A stretch of 64,000 nucleotides of DNA from Promethearchaeia archaeon (GCA_046483985.1 JAWOCD010000011.1:9202-73201); one strand, 5' to 3'; shown: positions 48,828-59,616, counted from the stretch's first letter. A program made the numbers and translations. Notes: generated by a model not told the origin, from the sequence alone.

Positions 48828-49565
48828 ATGACCGAAAAAGAACGAGTTTATTATAATTTTTTTGCACATGATTATCATCTTAAAAGAAAACAGCCGTGGA
48901 GGGCATTTTTGGACTTTATCGAAAAATATGTCGGAAAAGATCTATTTAGATCAATAACTACAGGGATTTCGGTAGATTTAGGGTGTGCAAATGGGAGACA
49001 TTTTGAGGTAATAAATTCAAAACATAACCATTTAATCGGAATTGACAATTCGATTGAATTCCTCACCATAGCCAGAAAGACCCAATTGGAAGATAATTTT
49101 AAAACAATACATTTATGCTGTGCGGATATCAATTATTTACCTCTACGGACCGCTTCTGTGGATAACTTCATTTCTATTGCAACATTACATCATATCTCCT
49201 CGGAGAAGAATCGGAAACGCGTTATGGAAATCATTTTTAAGAGTTTAAAAAAGGAGGGATACTTACTCTTTTCAGTCTGGAGACGATGGCAAAAAAAGTT
49301 TTTCTCACATTTCCTTTTGGATAAAATAAAACGGCTTTTCTTGCCAAAATATCGGATTTGTCAAGAAAAGTTAGGCTTAAAAGAATTCGGCGATAAACTG
49401 GTTCCTTGGACGGTATCTCAAACAAATAAGACCTATTATCGATTTTATCATCTTTTTTCTAAGCGAGAAGCTAAGCATCTTTGCGAGGATTTTGAGATTG
49501 TTAAGTTTGAAGCTATAGGAGGTCCTACTCACAGAGATAATTTTTTTATTCTTTGTCAGAAATAG
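48828..49565 (+). CDS. Class I SAM-dependent methyltransferase, Trm9/ALKBH8-like (tRNA wobble U34)
   Basis: R.QPW, DLGCANGR, ISIATLHH, FSVW and VPW...YRFYHLF motifs. Confidence 0.75.
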   Translation: MTEKERVYYNFFAHDYHLKRKQPWRAFLDFIEKYVGKDLFRSITTGISVDLGCANGRHFEVINSKHNHLIGIDNSIEFLTIARKTQLEDNFKTIHLCCADINYLPLRTASVDNFISIATLHHISSEKNRKRVMEIIFKSLKKEGYLLFSVWRRWQKKFFSHFLLDKIKRLFLPKYRICQEKLGLKEFGDKLVPWTVSQTNKTYYRFYHLFSKREAKHLCEDFEIVKFEAIGGPTHRDNFFILCQK

Positions 49566-49605
49566 TTAGAATGAGCCAGTTTTTTTCTTATTTTACTCAT
49601 TAAAG

Positions 49606-49763
49606 AATAAAAAGGGTGGAAGTTCCGTGCATCCATGAGCCCAGAAGATATTGGGGCTCTCGAACGGAATAGGGTAAGCAGGGCAAAATCAAAATTACGC
49701 TATATCGCGTAATCACCAAAAGACAAAAATCCAGGGTGATGCACGAACCTTCCATTTTTTATT
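49606..49763. other. Unclassified GC-richer structured intergenic element (candidate ncRNA or miniature inverted-repeat element)
   Basis: Ends pair (tggaagttccgtgcatc 49617-49633 with gatgcacgaaccttcca 49738-49754); internal hairpins gagccc/gggctc and attacgc/gcgtaat. Confidence 0.55.
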
Positions 49764-50085
49764 GGTACTTGATATTTGTATTTCATCTTCTGTTCTACTA
49801 AATAAATAAGTAAGAAGATTAATAAATACAATAGCTTATCATTTGAGGCCGTACATTTAGTAAACATCTATATGACATATATGTCAGTTTATTTACAAAC
49901 TCTTGAAAGAATGTTTTAGATAAAAGGTTCTTAGAAACATAGCGTCTCTTTCTAAAAATTGATAGAATTCCCCTCTGGATTGAAAATTAGCAAAGATTTC
50001 ATATGTTTTGCAAAAAAAGTATTAATAGCAGAATGTATCATACTTTATGTAAGAATCAAAAAAGTATCTTTTAAGGTAAGGTCAT

Positions 50086-51969
50086 ATGGTAACAAAGTTT
50101 CCGAAAACAGAGGAAGATTTAAGGCGAAAGAGTATTAAAGTTCCAAAGTCTGAGCTTGACTTTTTTCGATTAGTTGATGCGCTCCCAGATGAGTGGTATG
50201 TGTGGCATTCGGTCAAATGGTATAATGATGCTGATGCCCAATTAGGTGAGGCTGATTTCTTGGTCTTTCATCCAGAATACGGATTTATCGTGGTGGAAGC
50301 AAAGGGAGGGATCATTCATGTAAATGGAGGGGTATTTTCTCAACAAGACACTCATACCCTTAAAACCCATCGTCTTTCCAAGAGTCCGTTTAGTCAAGCA
50401 GAAAATACGATGTACCAATTCTTAAAACTTTACCAGAAGGCGGCAAAAGAACAAGAAAATCCTCGTCAATTCCTTAAAGAAGGGAAATATCAATTAAAAT
50501 TCCCATTAAATTTTGATTTTGCAGTCTTTTTTCCCCAAACGAAATTCAAAAAAGAATTTGAGTATTTACAATATCCCGATAAACGTATATTTGATGAAAC
50601 AGATGTTAAAAAGCAAAAGGAATGGAAAAATTCTGGTTCACAAAATAAGGCTTCTCCTTTGGAACAGTTTATTGTTAATCTTTTGGATACCCATAAACAT
50701 ACTCGCGTCTTAAAACCACAGATAAAGTCATTTTTTCCAAGGTGGATCGGCTCTGATATACGCAGATCTATGAGTTTAGAGAAATATTATCAAATTCGAG
50801 CAGAAGAATTAGAGGAGATCAATGAGATTCAAGATTTTTTATTGAATGCTCTATCAGAAAAAAAACGGTGCATCTTTAAAGGAAGTGCGGGCTCTGGTAA
50901 AACCTATGTCGCCATGAAGAAAGCCATCCGAAATTATAAAAACGGAATAGAAACCTTATTTATCTGTTTTAACACCGAGCTCCGGGATTCTGTCCGCGGG
51001 TATATCACTGAACAATTGGAAAAACCTTATGAACGGCTTCAAGGAGACTTAGATATCTATTCTGTTAATGCATTTTTATATAAACTCATTGGAAAACTCT
51101 TTAATGAATACACCGCAAACAAGTTAAGAGACCATCTTGGCGAATTCGAATACGAACCAATTAGTAAGAAAATGGAGGAGAAGCGAGAGAGTTTACCGTT
51201 GAGCTATAAGTATAATGCGATTTTAGTCGATGAAGCTCAAGATATTGATAAGAGTCTCTGGAGTGTTTTGGAATACTTTCTAAAAGATTTTGACGAATCT
51301 TTATTTTATGTCTTTTATGACGGAGGGCAAGCAATCTTCATGGATGAGTTCAGCCCCGCACAATTCGGGATGGAGGAAAAATCAGATTTAATTCTGCTCG
51401 ATCGAAACCTCAGAAATACCATTGAGATAGCAAAATATCTACAGCATAGAACCAAATTTGGAAAATATAAAGAATATTCGGGCATAAATGGCTTTAAAAT
51501 TTCAAAACTTTCAAGAAATTCAGCACGAGAAGCAATAATTTCTGCTGTAAACGTCATAAAGAAAGAACTTCTCGATGAAGGGATCGGGCCAGAAAAAGTC
51601 ACAGTTCTCTCCAATTATAGATTACATACTTTAATCTCCGATTTAAATGAAAATGAATTTGGAGAATATCTTTGCTTTGGAGATCAATCAGAAGATGTTG
51701 ACACGATGTTTTATCTATTCGAGCCGAAGAGTATTCATGAATTCCCTAAGATTAAAGACCATAAGGAGATTAAGAGTAAATGGATTATCCTATACAAAAC
51801 GATCAGCTCTTTTAAAGGTTTAGAAAGCGATATTGTTTTGCTTATTATCCCGAATATAGACGAATACAAGGAAATGAAGCCGAATCGATTTAAGAATTTT
51901 CTAATGCAAGTTTATGTCGGCGCTTCTCGGGCGAAATTTAAATTGTATATCGTTGAGTACGCTTTATGA
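50086..51969 (+). CDS. NERD nuclease + superfamily 1 (UvrD-like) helicase fusion
   Basis: GEADFLVFHP...VVEAKGG (PD-(D/E)xK), GSAGSGKT, LVDEAQD, NLRNT, FKGLESD and YVGASRAK. Confidence 0.9.
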   Translation: MVTKFPKTEEDLRRKSIKVPKSELDFFRLVDALPDEWYVWHSVKWYNDADAQLGEADFLVFHPEYGFIVVEAKGGIIHVNGGVFSQQDTHTLKTHRLSKSPFSQAENTMYQFLKLYQKAAKEQENPRQFLKEGKYQLKFPLNFDFAVFFPQTKFKKEFEYLQYPDKRIFDETDVKKQKEWKNSGSQNKASPLEQFIVNLLDTHKHTRVLKPQIKSFFPRWIGSDIRRSMSLEKYYQIRAEELEEINEIQDFLLNALSEKKRCIFKGSAGSGKTYVAMKKAIRNYKNGIETLFICFNTELRDSVRGYITEQLEKPYERLQGDLDIYSVNAFLYKLIGKLFNEYTANKLRDHLGEFEYEPISKKMEEKRESLPLSYKYNAILVDEAQDIDKSLWSVLEYFLKDFDESLFYVFYDGGQAIFMDEFSPAQFGMEEKSDLILLDRNLRNTIEIAKYLQHRTKFGKYKEYSGINGFKISKLSRNSAREAIISAVNVIKKELLDEGIGPEKVTVLSNYRLHTLISDLNENEFGEYLCFGDQSEDVDTMFYLFEPKSIHEFPKIKDHKEIKSKWIILYKTISSFKGLESDIVLLIIPNIDEYKEMKPNRFKNFLMQVYVGASRAKFKLYIVEYAL

Positions 51970-52185
51970 CAATTTTTCTTGTTTCCCTTTTCTACTCTCT
52001 GTATTTTATATTTATTAAGTTTGTTAAGTTAATAGAATTCAAATATTTGGTTACTTTACTTTTTATTACAATGAGAAATATTTTGAACTTTTCTTTTGAT
52101 TTCTTAATAAATTATTATCAGATTGACTCTAGGAATTTAAATACGTGCAAAATAATTAATAAATATACTATTTGAGGTAAAGAAA

Positions 52186-53364
52186 ATGAGCGAAGATGAT
52201 AAGGAATTTGAGGAGACATTAACTCTGGTGTCCCCAGAAGGTAAAATAAAATCTCCCATAAAGAACTGTATTAATTTCATCGAATCAGCAAAAAAAGAAT
52301 TTAAGATTGGAGATAAGCCATTTGTTTCAGGTACTGATGAGGAATCGTTTCCTATCGCCGAAAAACGCATTAAACGAATTCCTACATGTAAAGATATCCG
52401 GAAAGTTGGTTTTGTTGATGGAGGAAATGCCCCACTTATTAAAAGTGCAGATTTTAATGTCAGTCTAAATCGCGTAGCGGGAACAATATTTCGGTCATCC
52501 GAATTTATTCCCTTACAAGACATGCCTGAAGTGGTGGAATTTTATTCGGCAACTATTTTATCCCCCACAAAAGGCGGCGGAATGGAATTTCACACGAAAT
52601 TTTTTCCGCAAAATCCAGAAGATAAAATTTATCTCCCCAAAAAAGATATTAAAATCTCCATATCTGATGAATCGATAAGAGAACGTGGGTTTTTGCCGAG
52701 AATTGAACGCTTTGGAGGGATAGCACGTAGATTTGCGGAATGGTCTTATGCTAAAGAGTTAATTAAACGAGAATTGGATGAGAAGGATATTTTTGTACGA
52801 GACGGTTCACTGCAGACAGGATATAAAGATGAAATTCTTTTAGCAGAGCGCTTATATAAAAAAGCCAAACATAAAAATGTTTATGTCACTGGCATTTCCA
52901 AAACATGTCGACTTTTTACTACCAGAGGGGATTCGCTCATTTCTGCCGTCGATTATATCGCGAGCAATAAATATCCCAAGGAAAGATGGTATTTCCATCC
53001 AATATATAAAATCACTAAAGCGGATAACCAAGCTGACCTATATTTTGTAAAATTACACGCGCAGTCAGATTACCCATTCAGATTTGATATTTACTTAGAA
53101 CAATCTGAAAAGTTAGACCAGCAAGGACGTGAAAATATTATTTCCAATATCGCCACCACCGCGCAAGATTTATCCTTTCCTGGATATCCCTACGGCCTCA
53201 TTAAAGTGGACCAACTCTCACGAGTCGCATTTCGTGAATTAGATTCCTATAAAGTGATGCTGCTTTCCGAATTCCCCCAAGATATTTATGAAAATTTCAT
53301 TGTACCACGTGTACATTCTGTAAATGCACACGATTTAATAAATAAGGTTCGCATTAATAGATAG
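52186..53364 (+). CDS. nurA: NurA 5'-3' nuclease
   Basis: GFVDGG, RRFAEW, RDGSL, GISK and GYPYGL; first gene of the herA-mre11-rad50 run. Confidence 0.9.
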   Translation: MSEDDKEFEETLTLVSPEGKIKSPIKNCINFIESAKKEFKIGDKPFVSGTDEESFPIAEKRIKRIPTCKDIRKVGFVDGGNAPLIKSADFNVSLNRVAGTIFRSSEFIPLQDMPEVVEFYSATILSPTKGGGMEFHTKFFPQNPEDKIYLPKKDIKISISDESIRERGFLPRIERFGGIARRFAEWSYAKELIKRELDEKDIFVRDGSLQTGYKDEILLAERLYKKAKHKNVYVTGISKTCRLFTTRGDSLISAVDYIASNKYPKERWYFHPIYKITKADNQADLYFVKLHAQSDYPFRFDIYLEQSEKLDQQGRENIISNIATTAQDLSFPGYPYGLIKVDQLSRVAFRELDSYKVMLLSEFPQDIYENFIVPRVHSVNAHDLINKVRINR

Positions 53365-53436
53365 AGTTATTAAGAATTAAAATCATATTATTTCATTTAC
53401 AATAATCAAAATAAATAAAAACCAAAAAAAGAAATA

Positions 53437-55032
53437 TTGAAGAAAATGACAAAATTAGGAAAAAATATTGGACAATTCGTTTCTGGTTCCTTTGATAAAT
53501 TAATTTTACGGCAAAAGGCTGACCAAACCTTTGAAATTGGTCAATTATTAGTCGCCGGCACTGATCTTAAAAACTATTCGATTTATCAAATTAACGATTT
53601 GAAGTACGGCAGCCAAATTCCCGGCGATTCACTTGAATTAATGGCAGGATATCAGTTAGAACGGGAACACACCTCTTTCCAAATCTACGAACCCGAATTA
53701 CGTAATTACGTATTGGCAGAGGCAAAGGCTCTGGTGAAAGTGTCCTATGATCCAGAACGAGATGAACTAATTCCCGTCTTGCCGAAAACACTTCCCTCTT
53801 TTTTCCAAGCAGTTTGTGAACTTAATAATGACCACCTTTCATTTTTGAAAGAAAGGGAGCTGAAAAATCCAATTGGCATCGGAAAAGTTCGATCGGGTTC
53901 TCAAATTCTCGATACGGAGGTAAATTTAGAGGCTCGAGATGTTTTAACCCATCACATCCTCATTCCGGCAACGACTGGCAGGGGAAAATCAAATCTCGTC
54001 AAGGTAATGTTGTATAACATTTTAGAGAATGAAGACTGCGGAATACTGGTATTTGACGCTCATAATGAATATTATGACAGTCTCAAAGAACATCCAAAAA
54101 GCTCGGAATTTCTGAAATATTACTCTATCCGCGGAATTCCCGGTTCTCTCGATCTCAAATTTAATACAAAATTTATTCAACCCAGTCATATTCGGGGAGC
54201 AATTTCTCTTACCAATGCTCAACGACAAGCACTCACAGTATATCATCGAGATGCCAAGTCAAATGATGAAAATTGGATTAAAAATCTCTTTACCAAAGAC
54301 CTCTCCGAAAGGGGTGTCGCTACCAGTACGCAATCTGCATTAAGACGGAAAATAGGGATCTTACTACATATCAAAATGGAACCCAATGACACCGGAGTTG
54401 AGGAACCAATTGAAGGGGGAATATACCGATTTAGTGGCTATGAAACTACAGTAACAAGTATACTTGATGCATTGGAAGATGGCAAGACTGTAGTTGTTGA
54501 TACCTCATTACTAGGAGGGAACGAGGAAATATTCGTGGCTACCATCATTGTTGAGAAGCTTTTCGCACAATATAAAAATTATAAATTCAACGACCTATTA
54601 AAAAATTATCCGGTCATTTCTGTGGTGCTGGAAGAAGCTCCCCGGGTTATTGGGAAAAAGGTCTTGGAGGCGAAGGAAAATATTTTTGGCACGATTGCCA
54701 AAGAAGGGCGGAAATTTGATATTGGACTTATCGCAATTACGCAACTACCGAGCATCATCCCCCGCGAAATTTTAGCAAATATGAACACCAAAATTGTGTT
54801 AGGTAATGAGATGGGGCCCGAACGGAAGGCAATTATCGAGAGCGCCGCCCAAGATCTATCCAAAGATTCTCAGACCATTGGAAGTCTGGATAAAGGGGAA
54901 GCAATCGTCACATCTAATTTTACGAAATTTGCGATTCCCATCAAAATTCCGTTGTTTGAAGATTTAGTAAAAAAAGAACAAGAAAGTAGCGAAAGCCAAT
55001 CTTACGCCAAGAAAGGAGTACCTGGCTTGTAA
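53437..55032 (+). CDS. herA: HerA DNA translocase/helicase
   Basis: [34 protein letters not shown] and ITQLPS; TTG start at 53437 or ATG at 53446. Confidence 0.93.
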   Translation: MKKMTKLGKNIGQFVSGSFDKLILRQKADQTFEIGQLLVAGTDLKNYSIYQINDLKYGSQIPGDSLELMAGYQLEREHTSFQIYEPELRNYVLAEAKALVKVSYDPERDELIPVLPKTLPSFFQAVCELNNDHLSFLKERELKNPIGIGKVRSGSQILDTEVNLEARDVLTHHILIPATTGRGKSNLVKVMLYNILENEDCGILVFDAHNEYYDSLKEHPKSSEFLKYYSIRGIPGSLDLKFNTKFIQPSHIRGAISLTNAQRQALTVYHRDAKSNDENWIKNLFTKDLSERGVATSTQSALRRKIGILLHIKMEPNDTGVEEPIEGGIYRFSGYETTVTSILDALEDGKTVVVDTSLLGGNEEIFVATIIVEKLFAQYKNYKFNDLLKNYPVISVVLEEAPRVIGKKVLEAKENIFGTIAKEGRKFDIGLIAITQLPSIIPREILANMNTKIVLGNEMGPERKAIIESAAQDLSKDSQTIGSLDKGEAIVTSNFTKFAIPIKIPLFEDLVKKEQESSESQSYAKKGVPGL

Positions 55033-55108
55033 AAAAATGTAAATATACACCAATAACAGAATTATATTAAAGATATACAGTTTATAGAAGAGGAAGTAAA
55101 AAATTAGT

Positions 55109-56407
55109 ATGAAGTTTAAATTTGCTCATATTTCCGATTGCCATTTGGGCGCGTGGCGGAAGGAATCCCTAAATCATGCAGGATATGACGCTTTTCAGCA
55201 GATGATTGACCAAATACTTGCACAGGACATCGATTTTGTCCTCATTTGTGGTGATCTATATGACACGTCAAACCCCAAAGTAGATGTAGTGGATTTAGCG
55301 ACGCGAGAACTCACCCGGCTTTCGGATAATAATATCCCTGTATACGGAATCATGGGATCCCACGATTTTTCTCCTTCCAATAAAAGCATGATCCGTCCAC
55401 TAATCTCCGCGAAATTGTTTACAAACGTGTTCCGAGGAAATGTAAACGAACAAGATCAAATTGTTTTAGATTTCACCGAAGATCCTCGTACAAATATTAA
55501 ATTAACGGGTCTGCGTGCCAGAAAGCGAGGTTTAGAAATTGAGGATTATAAAGACTTAGAGAGAGACTCACTAGAACACGAAAAAGGAAATAAAATTTTT
55601 CTCTTACACACCATGCTCACGGAATTAAAACCCGCAGAATATAAAGAGATGAAAAGCGGACCAAAGTCCCTCTTACCACGTGGATTCATATACTATGCCG
55701 GTGGACACGTTCATAAAACCATCCCAGAAAGATTACGGAAAGAACCAATCACTATTACGCCCGAAAAAGAATTGAACAATAAAGTGGTGTATCCGGGTTG
55801 TCTATTTCCCAGGAATTTTAGAGAGCTAGAACAATTTCAGCATGGAGGATACTGTATCGTGGAAGGAAATTCTGAAACAAGGAATCTAACGGTGGAATTT
55901 ATGCCCATTCAAGTAAAAGATGTCGTTACATTACATATTGATGGGCGGAATAAGTCGGTGCAAAAAGTAAAGGAACACATTGATGAAGAGATGTATGCAA
56001 AAGATTTACAAGATAAAATTGTGACTGTTAGAATTGAGGGGGAACTTGCATCCGGAAAATCTTATGAAATTGGGGTAAATGAAATCGTTGAGCGAATGAA
56101 AAAGCAAGGCGCTTTTGAGGTATTAGTCAATAAGATGAAGCTAACTTCCAAGGAAGTTGCAGCTTCAAGGGTTGAGACGGGTGAAAACCTTGAAGAAATT
56201 GAAGAGCGCTATATTTATGAACACGCCCAAAAAAGCGAAATAGGACCCCTTTCTGCACAAGATCTTGAAAAGAAGATTCATAGGCTCATCGATGTAATGG
56301 GACAAGAACCAGAGCCGGGGATGAAAAAGAAAGATTTCATGCGAGGTTTAGTTAATTCATTCCTAAAAATAATGGAAATCAATAGAAGTGGAGCTGATCG
56401 GACCTAA
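55109..56407 (+). CDS. mre11: Mre11 nuclease
   Basis: AHISDCHLG, CGDLYD, GSHD, YAGGHVH and YPG. Confidence 0.93.
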   Translation: MKFKFAHISDCHLGAWRKESLNHAGYDAFQQMIDQILAQDIDFVLICGDLYDTSNPKVDVVDLATRELTRLSDNNIPVYGIMGSHDFSPSNKSMIRPLISAKLFTNVFRGNVNEQDQIVLDFTEDPRTNIKLTGLRARKRGLEIEDYKDLERDSLEHEKGNKIFLLHTMLTELKPAEYKEMKSGPKSLLPRGFIYYAGGHVHKTIPERLRKEPITITPEKELNNKVVYPGCLFPRNFRELEQFQHGGYCIVEGNSETRNLTVEFMPIQVKDVVTLHIDGRNKSVQKVKEHIDEEMYAKDLQDKIVTVRIEGELASGKSYEIGVNEIVERMKKQGAFEVLVNKMKLTSKEVAASRVETGENLEEIEERYIYEHAQKSEIGPLSAQDLEKKIHRLIDVMGQEPEPGMKKKDFMRGLVNSFLKIMEINRSGADRT

Positions 56408-58503
56408 TGCAGTTTAATTCGGTTCAGATAAAAAATATTCGAAGTATCAAAAACCTTGAGATCACATTTCCTTTAGGCACTATTTTATTTCACGGGGATA
56501 TTGGAAGTGGAAAATCATCCGTTTTAAAAGCTGTCGAATTTTGTTTGTTTGGTATACTCCGATCCGCTGATTTGGCTGGAGCATCGATTTTACGTCGAGG
56601 AGAAAGAAAAGGAAGGGTGACTCTTAGCTTTTCAATTGGCAATGAGGATTATATCGTACGTAGGACACTTAAACGACATGGAAAGGATTCCGTGAGAGAT
56701 GAAGGGGGATGGCTAGTTCAAGAAGGGACCAAAACCTCTTACAGCGCCCGGGATTTAAAAAGTAAAATCCTTTCCCTTTTAAATTATTCTATATCCAAAT
56801 GGAAACATAAACAATCTCTTGATATTTTCCGGTATACCGTCTACACACCGCAAGAGAATGTAAAACAAATCTTGCAAGCAGATCCCGATGATCGATTTGA
56901 AGCTTTGAAAGATGTATTAGAAATTGAAAAATACGAGAATACGCTTAACCATCTTGATGATGTAAAAACTGAATTAAATTCCAGAGTGAGCCAAAAGGAA
57001 GCAGAACTAAAGGCGCTAGGGATCCCTAAGAAAGAGATTCCCGAGAAGAAAAAGGAAATTGAGGTGAAAAGAAAGGAGATCAAAGCCCATGAGAAACAAA
57101 TATCGGAAATAAAGAAAGAGTTAAAATCTTCAAAGGAAAAAAGGGATAAAAAGCAAGAGGAGTTAAAAGAGTATAGCAATAAAGTAACGGAAATCACAGG
57201 TAAGCAGAAACAAAATAAGGAAAGTAAAAAAAATATTGCAACTAAAAGACAGAAATTAAAGAAGAAGTCGAATCAAATAGAGCATACAAAACAAAAATTA
57301 CGAGAATTGCCGGAAATAGAACTGAAAACAGACAAATCGAAGCAAACACTTGAAGACTCTCTAAAAAAAATGCGAAAATCTCTCTCTGCAAAGGAAGAAG
57401 AGAAAGGAAAATTGAAAAAAGACAAGGAGTCCATTGAATCTTTACTGGAAAAGGGAATTTGCCCCCGTTGTAAACAGAAGATTCATGAAAAAGAGCGATT
57501 CGATACAGAATTAGAAGAAGCGGCTCAATCTATTGAGAAATTAGAGCTTGAGAGAAAAAATCTTCAAGAAGATATTAACCGTACGGAGCAACTGATAGAG
57601 AATATTCAAAAATATAAGGGAAATACAAAGGAACGGAAGGGGCTCCAAAATCTTTTAACAGAACAAGAAACAAGCCAGAAAGAAATTAAGTCCCAAATTG
57701 CCCAATTAGAAAAAGAAGTAAAAAAACGTGACCAAATGATCCAAGACATCATGGATACATATGAGATTAAGGATTTCAAGAAGTTTCAACAATTGGAAGA
57801 GGAATTATCGGATGATTTGAAAACTCTCAAAAAAGAAGTTGAAGAACTTCAATCAAATCTCACTGATGCTGAAAAAGCAAAAAGTACAGCCGAAGCTGAG
57901 TTAAAACAACTTCAAAATGAATTAACAGAATTGAAAAGGGCCCTCAAGCGAAAAAAGGAGATTAAAGAGGAGATTAAATATATTGGACAAGTGAGAGATT
58001 GGGTTTCGGAACAATTCCCAGTACTATTACGTGATATCGAACGGTCTATCTTAGCCGCCACCGCTGATAAGTTCAATAAATATTTCAAACAATGGTTTCG
58101 AGCGATGGTGGAGGAAGAAAATATCGAAATCAGCATTAATCCCGAGAATTTTGAGCCAATTATTAAAGTAAATGGCTATACTTCACCCTTCCAAGATTTA
58201 TCCGGCGGGGAAAAAAGCGCACTTTCGCTGGCATACCGCTTAGCACTCAATAAGATAATCAATACAAAACACGAAGATATCAAGACGCGAGATTTGCTGG
58301 TCTTAGACGAACCAACAGACGGATTTTCCCAAGAACAAGTGAATAAAATGCAGGATATTTTTGGAAAACTGGACACAGAACAGATGATTATCATTTCCCA
58401 TGAGCGCAACTTGGATTCGTTTGTTACGGACATTTTTCATTTTCGGAAGGAAAACCATAAAACAAAGGTCACGCGGGAACAAAACTTAGGGTTAAGTGCT
58501 TAA
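56407..58503 (+). CDS. rad50: Rad50 ATPase
   Basis: KNIRS, GDIGSGKSS, zinc hook CPRC in the centre of the coiled coil, LSGGE, LDEPT and IISH; TAATG stop/start overlap with mre11. Confidence 0.95.
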   Translation: MQFNSVQIKNIRSIKNLEITFPLGTILFHGDIGSGKSSVLKAVEFCLFGILRSADLAGASILRRGERKGRVTLSFSIGNEDYIVRRTLKRHGKDSVRDEGGWLVQEGTKTSYSARDLKSKILSLLNYSISKWKHKQSLDIFRYTVYTPQENVKQILQADPDDRFEALKDVLEIEKYENTLNHLDDVKTELNSRVSQKEAELKALGIPKKEIPEKKKEIEVKRKEIKAHEKQISEIKKELKSSKEKRDKKQEELKEYSNKVTEITGKQKQNKESKKNIATKRQKLKKKSNQIEHTKQKLRELPEIELKTDKSKQTLEDSLKKMRKSLSAKEEEKGKLKKDKESIESLLEKGICPRCKQKIHEKERFDTELEEAAQSIEKLELERKNLQEDINRTEQLIENIQKYKGNTKERKGLQNLLTEQETSQKEIKSQIAQLEKEVKKRDQMIQDIMDTYEIKDFKKFQQLEEELSDDLKTLKKEVEELQSNLTDAEKAKSTAEAELKQLQNELTELKRALKRKKEIKEEIKYIGQVRDWVSEQFPVLLRDIERSILAATADKFNKYFKQWFRAMVEEENIEISINPENFEPIIKVNGYTSPFQDLSGGEKSALSLAYRLALNKIINTKHEDIKTRDLLVLDEPTDGFSQEQVNKMQDIFGKLDTEQMIIISHERNLDSFVTDIFHFRKENHKTKVTREQNLGLSA

Positions 58504-58603
58504 AACCTTAATAGCATCAATTAACCCCACGAAACCTTATTACTCGACTTATAAAGATAGAGTTGGATTTTATTTTTACGCATTATAAAAAAAAATAGAA
58601 GGT

Positions 58604-59314
58604 TTATTCGATTTGCCTCCCAATTCCGTAGTAGATTAAATAGATCCACAAAATAACTGTCAGACCAAACAAACTGAAGCCCGTTCTGAACGCCGGTTGG
58701 TTAACATAATTGCTTAAATATGCGCCAAACATATAAATGAATAACCCGACGACCCCAATTATGAAAAATCTCCACTTTTTCCTAAGAGTATCGTCTTTAA
58801 ATTGTTTGATGATTTTGATCGATGTGCTTAGAATCAGAATTAAGGCAATGGAAAGCAAAATAAACACATATATCAGTAGCGGTAGCTCCCAGACTGGTTT
58901 CCATTCAGTACCTTCATTAATAGTTACACCTTGTCCGAAGGGATAAAGGATTGCCATAAGAGCAAAGAGTCCTGCATAAATGAGGACAACCTTCAATTGA
59001 TCTTTTTTGGAGAACACCATTTGGGATTCTAACAGAATTTTATTCGTACAATAAAGAAAAATGACCCCGAAAGAGATACAGAAGTTGGTAAGGAAATTCA
59101 AGGTAACTACCACTGACTCAATATCTATTAAGGAATAAACTACGTTCAAGAGAAGTCCAACGGCGGGAAATATATAAAAGAGGCTAAAGGTAATATTCAA
59201 TCGACTTCTATTCTTTTTCAAGATTCTATAGCTTAAATAGAGAAAGAATAATCCAATAAATAATTGAAAGACAAAGACTTGTAAAATCCGAATAAGACCA
59301 AGTTCAATAGCCAT
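58604..59314 (-). CDS. Stand-alone ~7-TM membrane protein (HisKA_7TM-like)
   Basis: About seven hydrophobic segments; KKNRSRLN after TM1, LRKKWRFF before TM6, terminal IYYGIG. Confidence 0.75.
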   Translation of the reverse strand: MAIELGLIRILQVFVFQLFIGLFFLYLSYRILKKNRSRLNITFSLFYIFPAVGLLLNVVYSLIDIESVVVTLNFLTNFCISFGVIFLYCTNKILLESQMVFSKKDQLKVVLIYAGLFALMAILYPFGQGVTINEGTEWKPVWELPLLIYVFILLSIALILILSTSIKIIKQFKDDTLRKKWRFFIIGVVGLFIYMFGAYLSNYVNQPAFRTGFSLFGLTVILWIYLIYYGIGRQIE

Positions 59315-59616
59315 TATATATTTTATTACATCTTAAATCTATTTAAGCATTATGGTTCTGTTGGCTTTTTTTAAAATGTTGCTTATGGTATAATTAGACT
59401 TATCTGATTTTTTGAAATCCTTAGAGAAGCGAATACTATAAATAAGGTCATTTTTTCTTTCATGTCCTAATTGATGAAAGAAAATCCTTATTTTTTGAAA
59501 GAGTTTTCATCTTTACTTCTAATATATTAACAAATTTAATAAACGTTTAATCGATATGGTTCATAAATTAATTCCTATAAGGAAACCCGTTTTGGATCAA
59601 TTTATTGTTCATTCAG

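Noticed and set aside
49630-49670. AUGA-containing hairpin as a possible eukaryote-like SECIS
   Set aside because: There is no opposing GA to form the kink-turn core at the right spacing, and the upstream methyltransferase has no in-frame TGA.
49675-49705. CAGGGCAAAA resembles the start of a c-di-GMP-I riboswitch
   Set aside because: The GNRA-capped P2 stem and downstream conserved motifs are absent.
51966-52175. 69-aa hydrophobic ORF between the NERD-helicase and nurA
   Set aside because: Extremely AT-rich with F/I/L/K bias, typical of a spurious ORF across a terminator/promoter region.
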